Source: Calcarisporiella thermophila CBS 279.70 (Eukaryota; Fungi; Calcarisporiellomycota). Taken from it: 64,000 bases of DNA. Shown in pieces: positions 48,440 to 62,484 of this stretch. Location of the stretch: positions 126,810 through 190,809 of the forward strand of contig NW_027192207.1 in NCBI RefSeq assembly GCF_041956535.1. The letters run 5' to 3'. A program made the translations under genes and the position numbers. The stretch's first letter is position 1. Every line of letters begins with the position of its first letter. Under the pieces are notes generated by a model that saw nothing but the letters and a program-made list of their open reading frames with translations, was not told the origin of the DNA and searched no databases.

Positions 48440-51400
48440 TCAGTTCGCGACGGAAGCTGCGACATCCTTGCCTGCTGAAGTGTTGGCTAATTGTCGCTGC
48501 ACTTTGCGCAACTCGTCCACCACAGGCTGTTTCTTCTCCACGATGTTCACGCCTTCGCGTGACAGTCCTTCCAAGATTTTCGTATACACATTCTTCATCA
48601 TCGGGCCCACCACACCACGCTCCGCCACCTCACCTCGGAGAACCATTTCTGTTGCCATTGCGGCCGGAAGACCCACCGTCTTTGCCATCGCAGTGGTGGT
48701 ATCCAAAGTGCCATATGCGATGAGACTCGAGGTGTGGACCTCTTTGGTGTTTTGCGCAGTTAGTACCGTGAATTCATGGTGGAGGGCGACCATGTCACGT
48801 TCAGAGGGAGCATAGCGGAGTTTGTGCGCCAAAAGAGTGCTAAGATTGTCGAGAGGAGCCTGAGTAGGCGAAGGAAGCACTTCGCATGAAGTGGGATCCA
48901 TCATTCCCAGCCTAGAAAGAAGAATACATATGATGTGAATAAATGACATAATGAGAAAAGTTAAAAAAAGAAGAATTGTGTTGCCAGCCTACCATTTCAG
49001 AGTATGAACAAGATTCGTGACCCGGTCGTTGTGCTTCGATACTCCCAACTTGTCGGCAATGGCCGCAATCCTATTAGCTTGCTTGTCGCCCCTGATTGCT
49101 TTTGAGCCAAACAGTACGCTATCCAGGAAATCAGTCCAACTCTCCATCTTGCCAACTGCAGCTTGCGGAGCCTGTGGGTCCATCAAGCCCAGCCGCTGGA
49201 TCCCATGCATTGTCCGAGAGAACCCACGGTATCTCAGAGTTCCGCGGAACATGGTGTCCATCTGCGACACATCGCCAAGGCCATAGGTCTCAGCATAGGG
49301 CAGCGAGTTACGATTCGCCAGTCCCTCGAACGCAAATCCAGGGATGATAGGCACGTCGGAGAAGTGTGATTTGAGAAGATCTTTTCCAGCAATGACATGG
49401 TTCCGACCGTTCATCCGGAAACGAGCCTCATTCAAGGCTGCAGTGAGCACTCCACGGGGTGACCAGCTGAATTTGTAACCGAGGGGAACATCTGATGCCT
49501 CTGGAGCCGGCAAACCTCCGCACCAAGATACAAAGGAAGTAATCTATCAAAGATTAGAAAATATGGCTCAGCATCACCATTATGGTTGGGGGAGGGGTTC
49601 TTTTCTATGCCGAGAGATTACCTTTCCTCCTTGTTCTTTGATCTCATCGATCATCTTCATGGCTGACAGATGATCAATTCCGGGATCAAGTCCAATTTCA
49701 TTCATAATGACGATCCCAGCATCTTTTGCCCTTTGGTCGAGTGCGCGCATAGCAGGGGAGATATAGCTCGCAGTGACCATATGCTTGCGTTGCTCAATGC
49801 AGACCTCTGCAACGATAGGGTGTAGGGGTGCAGGAATGAAGCTCACCACCACATCGGCCCCACCGACAAGTCTGGACATGAGAGAGCGGTCATTCGCATC
49901 CAAGTTCACAATATCTACGGATTCTCTCCCGCCTGCAATCATTCTGGCTTCAGCTATCGCGTTGCTTGCTAACCACGATGCCATGAGGAACAGATTGGCC
50001 GATGAGTACATTCAGTACACCCCATATTAAGAAAGAATAGTCACTTACCAATCGTAACATTGATGCCAGCTCGCACAAGATAATCCACCAGTGGCTTCGC
50101 AACAAAGCCGCTTCCCAACAACAGCACGCGCTTCCGACGTTCTGGAATCGAGGCTGAGCTCTTCTCGCGATGCTTGTCTAGATGACTGTTGAGGTTTTGA
50201 TGGGGTGCTGTCAGTTTGCCCTCGTGAGCAATTGTGGCGTCCCTTAGAACCTTGTCTTTAAAGTTTCCATTCACCTGTCAAAGCAATTAAGGTAAATTAG
50301 CATGAAACGCATGGGCAATATCCAAAGGACACTCACTAGTTCTTTGACATGCGGGTAGAGGCAGTCGTTGAAATGCTGACTAGCCTCCTTTGGTAACTCG
50401 GTGGGTAGGATGTCGACAGACATGATCTGGGTTCCAGCCCCTTCAGCACTACGAAACATAGTCGAGAACGGTTAGACCACTTCGGTTGGGACTCTAGGCA
50501 AGGCTCCTACTCACTCTTTGTGCTGTTTTCCGGACACGGCATCCACATAGAAAAAGGGATCGCAAATGGTCGTGGCATGGGTCATGAATTCGAGCGCCCC
50601 CTATATCAACACAAATGAATTGAGATGAGATGCCAACAGGCTATCAAGGGGACTGAATTCACCTCAACGTCACAGCTAATGTCTGCAATGGCTAGCATTC
50701 TACGGCTGAGTTGAGGATTTGCTTGTATGTCGCGAAGTTGTTGCGTAGTTAACGTGCGTGGGAATCGGGGGTCCCAATAGGCACCCGTAATGAGCATGGA
50801 TGTATATGGAGCAATCTAAAGGAGGAGAGAAGTGAGGCGAAATGCCACCACCAGCAAACAAGGCAGACACATACTGTTTTGTGGAAAATGGATGTGTATT
50901 CGTGGGGGTTTTTCATATAATCGTCTCGGGAAACGAACTTGCCGTTGTCTTTTCGTACAAGATAGTCACTATATTTTACTTGGACCCCGTAGACTCTATC
51001 GTTTTTAGAATCTGTCGTGAAAAAATAATGAGAACCGATCCATAGGACAGATTACAAGTCGGAGCTTACGCTTGCTGGAAACAAGCTCAGGGAGATCTCT
51101 CGCTTCGACGTACTCGTGTGGCAAACAGCTAAATATTTCCTGTGCTCCCTTCGAAACATTTCCTGTGCCCGTGAAGGAGAAAGTCATTGGGCTAAATTCG
51201 GTTGAAAGTCCGTCGCGTTGAATCATTCCACCGATATCTTTTACAGCGGATTTGGCAGCATCCAGCGAAGGATAGGTGTGAGCCATGCCAACGTGCTAGA
51301 AAATACATAGATGGGCGCTTGTAAATTACCAAAGAGAACAGGTATGAATAGGTCGAATTATTTGCGTACCAAGAAAGGGCTTCCGTGTCCGAGACCTAGC

Positions 51401-52033
51401 ATGCGTTGGCCCAGGCCATGCAATCCATCCAACATTCCAGCGTAGCCGGCGAACTGCCCGAACATGACTAGCCGCTTTCCCTCCTCGTTTGTCATGAGCT
51501 CGTAATCAATGAGGCGAATGCGCTAAATGGGTTAAGGACTCAGCCAAGATATACTAAAGAAGTTTCCCACGGTGTCTCTATCCTCACCTTATCCAAGATG
51601 TCCTGCAACATTCCCATATTGTAATGCTGTCCCTTATGAGTGTGTGAAAAGTACACGTAGGTTTTGCCTGGTATCAAATTATTAATAGGCACTTCCTTAA
51701 TCCCAAGAATAACGTCAGCTTGAGATAAATCTTCTTGCACAATGGCACCCGCCTAGACAAACATCTAATTAGTCGAGGAGCTTTGACCATCAAGGAAGAC
51801 TTCCTTACCTCCTCATATTGCTTATTGCCAAAGACGCGATTGGTCGAAGGCTGTACATAGACCTTAGTGCCTGTCTCATCAATTAAGCGTTTCACACCTT
51901 GTGGGGTCAGGGCCACCCGGCGCTCCCATCGGCTTTTATCTTCTCGTCGCAACCCGATAGAGAGGCGAGCTGCTGTGGAATAGTGAGCACGGCGGATATG
52001 AAGCCGTGTCAGGGAGGAAATCTGGGAAGCCAT
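48440..52033 (-). CDS. AASS: Bifunctional lysine-ketoglutarate reductase / saccharopine dehydrogenase (AASS-like) with mitochondrial presequence; multi-exon
   Basis: N-terminal LKR domain: [59 protein letters not shown]-terminal SDH domain: [58 protein letters not shown]. Confidence 0.93.
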
Positions 52034-52829
52034 TTCAAAGCCAAATCAGGGGGGTTTATTAGATGCGTTTTCCGGAGAATATTAGAAAGACCAGCTATTT
52101 GGGAGGGAGGAGAGAGAGAGAGAAAGAGAGCCTGAACAAGCTTGAATGCGAGGGTGGGAAAATTAATTTAAGCAAAAATCTCCAAACGAATCTCCGTTAA
52201 GCAAAAGGCAACTATGTCACAAGGACAAATTCCTTGACGTAGGGCTGTGCTTTCGACCTTCGCGCTTGCTTGAAATTGGTTGTTTGCACTGTCACGGAGG
52301 TGAGAAATTCAGCCAAGCCAACCTGAGAGCATTCTTGATCCCCATATAAGCTTAGCGTGGGAACTTTGCCCTAACCCTCCTGATTATTAGAAAGGGAAAA
52401 AAGTAACCACAGAGCAACAGTGCGACTCATTCTTACCTAGTGGATAACAAACAGAGGACAAAGTTACCCGCATTTCTGTCCTCGCCTCCCCATTTTTTTT
52501 CCTTGGGTTTCAGAGCATACAGATTTAAGATATCACTTTACTAATAAATTAATTAATAGTGTGCAATTAGGAGTATCAAATGAAGTGATAGAGGAGAGAT
52601 CGGTGAAAACAAGGGATAAACAAAAAGAAAAGGGGGACTCCATAATGAAGTGAAATAGAGAAATAAAATAAAATAAAATAAAATAGAATAGAAATAATAA
52701 AAAAAGCCAAGTAATATAAGGTAACCCAATGTTTGCGGCTTTCGATACAGCCAGTATGACATAGCCAAATCCATGAAAAAAAAAACTTCTATAATCGGGT
52801 TGAATGAGTTTGAATAGCCTTGTCGCTAG

Positions 52830-55800
52830 TTAAAACAGATCATTGTCCTGAATATTCCAATCTCTATTCTCCTGCCCTGCACATCGCTCTCGCTCCTCCC
52901 AGTATTCATGTGTAAAATGCCAGTATGCTTCCCCTGTGTCACTGTCCACCTCAAGTTTGAACCACCGCGGTTGCGGAGTGGGTAATCCCTCCTTCTCACG
53001 CGCCCGGCGTTTTGTTCGCTGCTTTTCCTCCAGCCTCACCTTTTCGTCACCTGCAATATCATAGTCACCTCGCTCCATGAACCGCTGGTCGGGACGGAGC
53101 CGCGAGTCCGTTGGAGGCAGGTGGGGTCGCAGCTCTTCCGGCATGTCATTGAGTGTGGCCGCGAAGGCGGTCAGGTTGAAGGGGAGCGGGATGGGACGCG
53201 ACTTTCTCCATAGTACAAGGATACCATCCTCTTCGCACAGGTCCTTGAGAGGCTCCCCAGACTCACCATCACACTGTCTTGCAATCAGCTTTTCGTTCCA
53301 TCGCCCCACCAACTCCCACATTTTTCTTCCCTTCCCGTCGTTCACATACCCACGCACCTCAAAAGCATCCTTTCCACGCCACCCGCGTGCCTTAAACGTT
53401 AGGTGGCACACTTCACCTGTGCGGTGGTTGTTCACGATCATATCTCCGTAGTGGTCGATCCATGGCTGCCCTAGAATCAAATTGTTCACGCAGGTTGTTG
53501 GCTTGCGCCACGTATAATGCTCGATGGTCTTGCCGTCGGGGGGTTCGGCTCCAGGGATGAAACGGTTGGGCACCTTGAGTTCAAGATGCACAACCCCCTG
53601 AGGAAGAATTTCAAACGACTTGCCCCAGAATTTGGATTTGACATCGGTATCACTGTAGAAGTTGAAGTTGGTAGAGTCGCAGTAGCAAGCACTGATGGGC
53701 GGATGGTGCGAGACCTGTTCGGCGATGTAGCGATACCCTTTATCTTTTCGCACATACTCGAAGGTTTCTCCCTATCAAAAGGAAAAATAAAGCAATATTA
53801 GAAACAGGACCGATATGGAAAACCACTCCTTTTTCCAACAAACTCACCAGGAGCGGGTTAAATGGCTTTGCAACCCGACCCCATGTGCTTGAATAATTGC
53901 TCATAGCAAACGCCCCCACATACAGTGCGCGCTCAACTGCGCTAGGTTGCTGCACAGCCTGGTCGAGGAGCTCGCTATATTCCATGTCCTCACAAAGACG
54001 CTGTAACATACTGGTGGGCTCGTTGAACACCACGGGAATACTGATTTTGGTTAGATCCTTGCCTATGTTGTTCTTGAGGATAGACCAGAGTGACATCGAG
54101 GGTTTGGGCGCTGAAGGATCGAGGGGAAGCTCCTTGCGGAAGACAGCGGGATATCCAGCGGCAGCTTGTTCAATGGGGTCGATCTCTTTGGCCGCATTCT
54201 CCAACTCCGCCTGCCCTATGCTTTCTACTACACCCTCTATTTCGCCCATGCCTACCTCCATTTCCTCCTGTTTAGCCTCGGCGTTATCTCCAAAGGTTTC
54301 CACTCCTGTTTTCTGCTCTTGGACTTGTTCTTGACCCAGCGCTGAATCCACTTTCGGCTCTGCATTCTCGATAAGCTCTTCCACCTCAACTTTCTTGACT
54401 GCCTCTGTTTTCGCAACTCCAATCTCCTCTTCAGCTATCAAGGTAACATCTTCCTCACCCTCAGCGTCCTCATCCTTATCCATTTCCTCCTCGAAATCTT
54501 CATCTAGTGCGTCAAAGAATTCATCTTCGTCGTCCTCATCAGAGTCCCCGATTAGATCCACGAGCTTCATGGGAGAGACGGGCCTTCCATCCACAAGGAC
54601 AAATGGAGTTCGGCGCCCAAGGGGATCTGCTGCGGCACGAGAGGCAAGGCTACGTACACTGCGGATGCTACGAAGACTGCGCACGCTTCGCACACTGGCG
54701 GGGGTCTTGCGACCGGAGGAATTAGGCTTCTGAAGTTTAGCGGAGGCCTCGGAGGGTTCGGGCAGTTCGCTCTCAACTGGAGAGCGAGTATCTTTCTTGC
54801 ACTCTTCCGTAGAGGGTTCTGTGGACCCATCTGTACCCTCTTCGTCTGCCTCCCTTTCTTTCACTTCGTCCTTCCCTTCGTCTGTTGTCTCTTGCGTGGC
54901 CTCTGGCTTCTCCTCGTCTTCAATGCCCTCCGTCAAGAGTTCCTTCAGAGCGGCTCTCCATTTCTTCTTCTCCCGCACCGAGCGTTGGATCATAGCCTCC
55001 ATGTCTTGCGCTTGAATCGATAATTGGCGTAAGCCTTCCTCCATGCTGATTTGCTTGTCGCTCTCCATGCGATGCAATTGACGCCAATGTTGCTCACGCT
55101 CCTCGGCCATGCGCACAATCTCTATGAGTAGCTGGCGCATGGAAGTGAGTGAGCGGGTCAGAGCTTCGGTGCTAGCGTCGGTAGGGGAAAGGGTCGCAAG
55201 GATCTGTGCATGGAGATCGAGCTGGGCATATGCGTTTTGGATGGTAAGCGCATAGGTGTCCTGATGGGGGACCGCCTCTGAGCATGTGCTTTCTGTGGAG
55301 GGAGTGGATTCCGAGGTCAACTTCGTCGCAGGGGTGGAGATCTCGGTAGTGGAGGTTACTTGCGATTGAGACGGGGTGGAGGGCGGATGAGGCGGAACCA
55401 CACCCGTGAAACTCATCGCGCTGTCTTTCTCGGTTGCTTGTAATGGCGTCGCCATACTCCAGCGTTTCGGAGAGTCGCTCTCCAGTTTGTCACCTTCTCC
55501 ATCTTCATTTCCGCTGAACACAGACGAAACCCGAGGCGACCGGGGTGGGGAGTCGAGCAGATACTGCTTGGATTGCATGAGGGCATGCACCCACCGCTTA
55601 GCCTCCAGTGGATGGTCGGTTCGCAAGTAGTAGCGAATGGAGCCCTTGCCCACCACCTCGAATCGATTCTTGTCTGCGGGGTCGATGCGCACGCGTGCTT
55701 GCTTCATTGAGATGGATCCGCGACACGCATTGGATGCTTCCTCACGGCTCTTGTAATAGGAAAGGACTCCGTCAGCAAGTACAAACCATCGAGACTTGAA

Positions 55801-56897
55801 CCCGCTCGCGTAGTTGGTCCACTTGCTCAGGTAGCCCTGTAGACGCGGCGGCTGCCCGGGGGTCACATTGGCGACGAGGAGATGCCGGGGGACTTCTTTG
55901 AGAGCGGCTTTGATTTTCTCTGACCTCGAGAGATCGCTTGGTCGCTTTCCCTTGGCGTCTCGAGCTAGAACATCTGCACCGTGGGAGACTAACCACTTGA
56001 CGATGTCTAGCATTCCGCTCTTTACGGCAATATGGAGAAGGGTTGACCCGTTTTCGTCCGCCACGTCATTGATGCTCACGAGCGCTGCGACTCTGGGGTC
56101 GCCAAAGAGAGCCTCCAACTCCTTTATTCTTCCATCCCTGACGCATCCCCACAGAATGCGCTTCTTCTCTTCAATGAATGCCGCTTGGCTCAGCTGCAAC
56201 ATGGCTGCTACCTCTTCTGACCCGGCCACATCGAGCGGCGTCTTACCCTCGATGTTGGGTACGACGTCATTGATATGGGGTTGGTCAAGAAGCAACCTGA
56301 CCACCTCAACACGCCCAAGGCGTGCGGCGATATGGAGCGGGGTATTTCCATTAAGGTCCTGTTGGTTCAGCCGGGATTGTTCGAGTACGAGCGCAATAAC
56401 TGGAAGCTGCGCACATTGGACTGCCCAGTGCAGCGGCGAGGGGCGCTTGTGGCGACTGGTGGTGTCTGGCGGTTCAGAGGGGAATTCTTTGAGCAGCTGT
56501 TCGATAGCGCCGAGGTCACCTTATTTCCAAGTAGAAAATAACAGGAGTCAAAATAAAGTTTCTTTTAAGCTTTGAAGCCATATTAGCCTATATGGGCTCC
56601 TCATATAAATTTTTATCCTTTTGCTGAGCTGATTCCCTTACCTATCCGAAGGGCCTCCAAGAGTTTAGCGGTTCGCAGCGTCTCATCCTTGTCTGAAATG
56701 CGATAGATGGTGAGCATCCTAAACCCGGATCATATCAAACAGCCGAGAAAAAAGGCAGGAGAGAACTTACCTAGACTCAATTGCTTCAAGTCATGAATGG
56801 TCCCCAATGGCACAGCCTTGGATGACAGGCTTCGTCTCACAGAACGGGGATCAGCGTATGATTGTCGGCGTGATTCGGCTTGCATGCGACTGGACAT
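52830..56897 (-). CDS. OSH1: Oxysterol-binding protein Osh1/Osh2-like (ankyrin, PH, FFAT, ORD); multi-exon
   Basis: Ankyrin repeats (SPLHWAV, TPLHIAA, TLLHIAV), PH domain (GYLSKWTNYASGFKSRWFVL), FFAT motif EDEFFDA, and ORD motifs NEPTSMLQR, KPFNPLL, EQVSHHPP and PTDSRLRPDQR. The start at 56897 is inferred. Confidence 0.93.
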
Positions 56898-57526
56898 CCC
56901 CAAGAGGGAAAAAAAACTTGGATTTCAAGGGAGGGTATTGCCCCAAAACCTGAGCTGGTATACGAATCGGAGAAGGGGAGAACTGGGGAGCGAGCAGAGT
57001 TGTAAGCCAGGACGGCTGGTGGGGAATCAAACAGAGTATCAAAATCAGCGGCCCGCGGCGTAGCAAAGAGCAAGGATGGGGGCAGGGCTTTCCGAGTGAG
57101 TAGCACACCGGCTCCAACGGTGAGGCCCCTTTAAATTTAATGAGGTTTGATAGATCCAGATAGACAGATGAAAAATGAAGCACCGATTTCCTTGTGGAAC
57201 TGCTGCCCAACCCCATTCAATGCAAACAATTGAAAAAAAAAGCTTGTTTCCTCTCCGCACCATATAAAGCCATCGATTCTTGTGCTCGCCTTCTATAGCC
57301 GATGTTTCTTAGAGAAAAAGGAAATACATTCTCGCTCTCCCCTCTTTGAGTTCTTAGCTTTACCACTTAAAAACCAACTGTTAATAATAAAGAAGAAGGA
57401 AAAAGAGAAACGGCAGAAGAGAGAAGAAGAAGAAAAAAAATGAACGTAAAGAAGAGGAGGGAAAAAAAAAGAGAAAAGGATACAAGAAAAAGGAGAAGAA
57501 ACAAAATTCTAAAGAAGAAAAACCAA

Positions 57527-58688
57527 CTAGTGCTTCTTGGTCGGAGGTGAATAGAGGATCTTTCGGTTTGTAAGGCCGGCCCACTTGAAGCGTTTCACCC
57601 AGAGCGCCAACCCAGCGAGCATGGTCAGCATAACAATCGTCTTGAATCCCATCTTCTTTCGCTCGTCGTGCTCTGGCTCCGAAGCCCACGACAGGAAGGT
57701 CACCACGTCCTTGGCCATCTGCGAGGTTGTCGCCGGAGTTCCGTCCTCGTACTCTACAACGCCATCGAACAGTACGCGAGCCATGCCGATAGCACCCCCG
57801 GGGAAATAGGGGTTGTAGTTGAGACCCTCACGAATCTCAACGCCCTCAGGCGGGTCACAATAGCCGGTCAAGAGAGAGAAGACATAGTTGGGACCGTTAT
57901 GGCGAGCCTTGATGATCAAAGAAAGATCGGGAGGAAGAGCACCCGCATTTGCGGCACGAGCAGCTTCATCATTAGGGTAGGGGCGGGGCAAGTAGTCTGA
58001 CAGCTAGCGGCAGGTAAGAGACGGAGTAAGTTCCGATTCGTAAAAAAGAAAAAAAAAATAAGCGGCCATACTTTGCCGGGACGCTTGAACATATCTCCGT
58101 TATCATCCGGCCCGTCATCATACTCGACCTCCTTTGCCATCTCTGCAACCTCATCAGCAGTGTGCGACACTCCGACCAAATTGCGCCACGCGATGTAGTT
58201 CAACGAGTGGCAGGTGGAGCATACCTCCTGGTAGACCTGGAATCCACGGCGGATGGCAGCATGGTCGAAAGTAGAAAAGGGCCGTTCAAAATCCCACGGA
58301 TAGTGCGGGGCGTGAAGTCCTTCGTCGGCATTGTCAGCAGACACAGTGTTTGTCATGTAGAGATAGCTGACAGTGGCAAGCGTGGCGGCACCACCAGCGG
58401 CGAGGGGGAATGCCTTCTATTTAATTCGTAGGCAAGAAGCAAGTCGTTACCTTTATTGAACGAAAAATGCTATGCATCTCTGCCAACGGAAAGATCCATC
58501 TACTTACGGAACGGGCTGCATTTGCCTGGGTAGAAGCAAGGCGGATCTAGGATTGCAGGAAACGTAAACATTCAGCGAGTCCATCGATCAAACAATGCAT
58601 AATTCCTAAAAGCATCCATGTCACTCACCTGCGGCTGAGTAGCTCGTTTTAGCGAGCGCCCTACACTGTTTCCTGTGAGTCTAAACAT
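57527..58688 (-). CDS. CYT1: Cytochrome c1, mitochondrial; multi-exon
   Basis: [22 protein letters not shown] (CxxCH), [24 protein letters not shown] and C-terminal TM helix. Confidence 0.97.
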
Positions 58689-59698
58689 TTTCGGTTGATT
58701 CTTTCTAGAGAGGAGAGAGAGATGATCTCCCTTCGATTATTTTTGTTTGCGTGCAAAAGGAGGGAGAGCAGCTAGGAAATCGGCTCCTTGTTTTCGACTG
58801 GGGTGTGCTAAGCCACCAGCTATCGCTCGTCTGAAAGATGAGGGGATGGAGGTTGCGCGGTGAAGTGTCTTATAATAATCTGAAATTCATGGAATGTAGC
58901 TTGATGCGGCTTCTCTGTAGGGTCCCCATGAATCACTATCATGAGCACCATCAGCGAGCATATTCTAATGGAGAATGCATGTTTTGAACGACATAGGGGT
59001 GCTTGCAGCCCATAAACTGCCCTTGCCCTCTGCTTTGACTGTAGTAGCTAGGGGGAGAGCATAGCCGTCTGACCCGTCATTTTTGTCACCCTGCCCTATT
59101 AGATTTTGACGCCTGGCAGAATTACCTCAATGGAAATCGGAGGAGGGGGAGGGGAGGGAAAACAAATCCCAGAATGCAATGAAGTTGGCGATGGAAAGAA
59201 TCTGGAATGGAATCAAGACAATAGATAAAATCGGAGGATAGGAAAACGTAACGAAACCTAATAAACCAAGCAAAATGCGATCAAAATGCTTTTCTACTAG
59301 AATATCGTATGATATAGTGACCAATGAAAGGCCGATGCCCCAACTGATAAATCCTGCCATTCCTTCGTACAAGGGTGTTGAGGGTGGTTATGGCACGACG
59401 AAGTTGTGCAATGCGGCAAAAGTCAGCCTTAAAAGCTTGTGTTCCAAAGGTTTCTTCTCATGCACGCGAGCAGGCTACCAAAAATTCATTAACAAGTCCC
59501 AATTTATTTCTGTTCCTGTTCTACTTTATCAAACTGAAACCCTATCAAATTCCTTGCCTTTTTCTACTCATAGAGTGGGTTATTATTAGCCTGCCATGGT
59601 CTCGTTCCCTGGTTAAGCAAGACCCCTCTTTCTCTATTTTTCCAAAATCGCATCATTCTCTTGTCTCCCCTTAGTCATACCCGCCGTTCCATAGAGTA

Positions 59699-62383
59699 AT
59701 GTCGGCGAGGGAGCGTGAGCAGAGGCGCAACTCAACCCTCAAATTCCCCTCGCTTCTCACCCCAGATGCCTCTTCTGAGGCAAAGCTCTTCAACTTTCAA
59801 TTACGCCCACGTTCCGTATCGGATGCAACCTGTCTTCATCCTGCTGCCACCACCTCCAATGAGCCTGGACCGCCACGCGGCTCTCCATTCCGGAGGTCGC
59901 TCACCTTTTTGAAGCAGGGACCTGTCATCACTGAGACCTCTCCAAGTTCTCCAGTGTTGGTGGGAGGTGCCCAACCTACGATAATCAAGCGCAGAGGCTC
60001 ACGTTCAGCAGAGGCTGACAAGGAAGTCGCCCTTAATGAGCCACAAAGTGATAAAGAACGACCAGTGCCTAGGCGGAGTATCAGCCTGATGGCTGACCAT
60101 CCTGGTGAGCCGGAACAGACTTGGGGCGTCAGTCGCGACGAAAAAGGAGAGAGTCCGGTAAGCCAAATTATTAGAATAGCTATAGGCAGTCATCTTAATG
60201 AATGTGTTCGTCTACTCGCTGAAAGTCCAACCACCCAATGACATCCGATGTCACATGTATGACGAGCTCCCCCTCGGAAGAGTGGTCCATCTGGCCGCTT
60301 ACCAAAACTCAACGCAAATTCCAGCGCTATTTTCCAGAGATAGCCGTCGAAGCTATCTGGGTGAAGCGATGCTTTACATGTGCGCTCGACCGCGATGCAC
60401 TGTGGCAAGGACAGCTGTATTGCACACGGCAGTATGTGTGCTTCTACGGCAGGCTTTTTAATAAAGCTACGAGGATCTTGATCCACCGGCTGGACTTGAC
60501 GGCGGTGGATAAAGACGTGCGCTTAAAAGTGATCCCGAATACGCTACGAATTTCCACAAGTCAAAAGACAGTAAGTCACTCTTCATCCAGAAAAAAATAA
60601 CACAGCGCTAATCTCCCCCCTCCCACTCCTTTTTATTTTCGCTTGTATTCAATAGTACATCCTCACCAATTTTCTAGCACGCGATGCCGCTTATGAGGAT
60701 ATATGCGAGGTCTGGCGCAGTTGCACGGTGGGCGATACCTACGATCCTCTCGCCGTGGATATATCAGATGATAGCTTCACGGCTTCGTCTGAAATGGCCC
60801 GCTCCATTTCCGAGAACAGCTTCCTTGGCAAGGACGATTACGCATTTGGCTACGTTCCCCCCTCTCCTGTTTTAGATCCAGACTATTTCTTGGCACCAAG
60901 CGTGCCCGTACTTGCTGAGAATCTGGCCCAACGCGCGGGAGAGAGGCGCAGATCAAGAGATTTGTCCCTCCCACCATATGCCACCCAGCCGCACGCCAAT
61001 ACGGTAGAGGGTGCGAAGGGGGAGATGAGGGTAGATAGGTTGGCGGAGAAAGAAGATATGGGAGAAGTGTATTGGAAAGAACTGCTAGAAGATGGAAAAG
61101 AGGCTGAGCTGGAAATATCTAGTGACTTAAGACGCGTGCCAGAGCCTCGAGAAAAGCTTGCGTCCGAGAAATGCACGTGTGCGGAACACCCAAAACACGA
61201 GTTGGTGAATGTGGTCATCGCATTACCGCCCACCACCGTATTTGAGCTGCTTTTTGGGGAGAAAGGAGGGGATATCGTCCGGCGTGCTCACCAGATTCGC
61301 GGCACGCTAAGTTTGGACGTGAGTGATTGGACGGAGCGGGTTGAAGGCTCTACGGAAGAGAAGCCTATGCTCGAACGAGAATTGAAGTATCGGGCTTGTT
61401 TTCGAGTCCTCCGACATCGAGCCGTGACCAACTGCATTGAGGTGCAGCGACGTCACCCCCACGAGCTAGTGGTCGAATCCAGATCGCGGACGCCCCAGGT
61501 CCCGTTTGGAGACGTGTTTGAGACCGTCTATCGATGTTGCCTCACGAAGGAACGCAACAAGACGCGGTTGCGTGTGACAGCGGGAGTTCTATTTCGGAAG
61601 TCGCTGCTCTTCGAGGGGGTGATCGAGCGAACGGCTATGGATGGGATGGGGAGCTATTTCCAAGAGATCCTATCGCTCCTTCATGCGGCTGAAAGCGTGC
61701 GTCCAACTCGGCGGAGCCTTCACTCGAGGTTGGGTGAAACGCCGGGAACTCCTCGCGTTTCCTTGCGGCGGCGAGCAAGGACTAGAGGCTCTTCATCGAG
61801 CCGGCATGACATGTTATCTGAAACGCAGGGGGAGGCAAGTGTTCCGAGGATACCGGAGCAAGAGCGACCCAAATCCCTGGTGGAGGCGGAGCCCTCGTAC
61901 CCGATTTTCAAACTTTTCACATCTCTTTTCGTGGGCTTTATCGCTCTGCTTCGTTCGGCGGCAACGCGAGAGGGCATCGGCCGCGCCAACCAAGCGATGC
62001 CTCGGAATAACGATCGGGTGATGGGAGGGGGTGAGACAAGAGAGAGGGATGCGCCATTCTCTCGCCGGTTGGCTTTCGCGTTCATTGTGATGGGTCTGGT
62101 CATCACGGCCATGAGTGTTTCGCGATTGCGCCAACTTGAAAAGCGACTGGCGGACGAAGGCTGGTGCGACAACCCTCAGGGAGCAGGCTATTCTCAGGAG
62201 GACCTGGGGCTAGGGCAGTATGAGGCTTGGAGACCCCTTTCCGACTTGCTTACGGAGCGAATTCAGGGCGGGCAAGGAAGAATGCCGCATATTGCAGTGG
62301 AGCCACTGCGAAAGCGAGCACAGTGGCTACAAAGTGAGCTCCGTGATATTGAACGTATGTTGAGCGAGCTAGATTTGGTGTAA
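59699..62383 (+). CDS. LAM/Ysp2-family GRAM + VASt (StARkin) membrane-contact sterol transfer protein; introns ~60158-60225 and 60571-60654
   Basis: GRAM: FTCALDRDALWQGQLYCTRQYVCFY..IPNTLRI..FLARDAAY. VASt: VFELLFG..TPQVPFGDVF. C-terminal TM and coiled coil. Confidence 0.85.
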
Positions 62384-62484
62384 TGAGTCGTGTTCTATAG
62401 AGAATGCTTTTGCTTCCATGGGGATACATATATAAGAACATTTTCAGGTCGTTGGCCTCCAAAATAATTCATTATCTTATAGGG

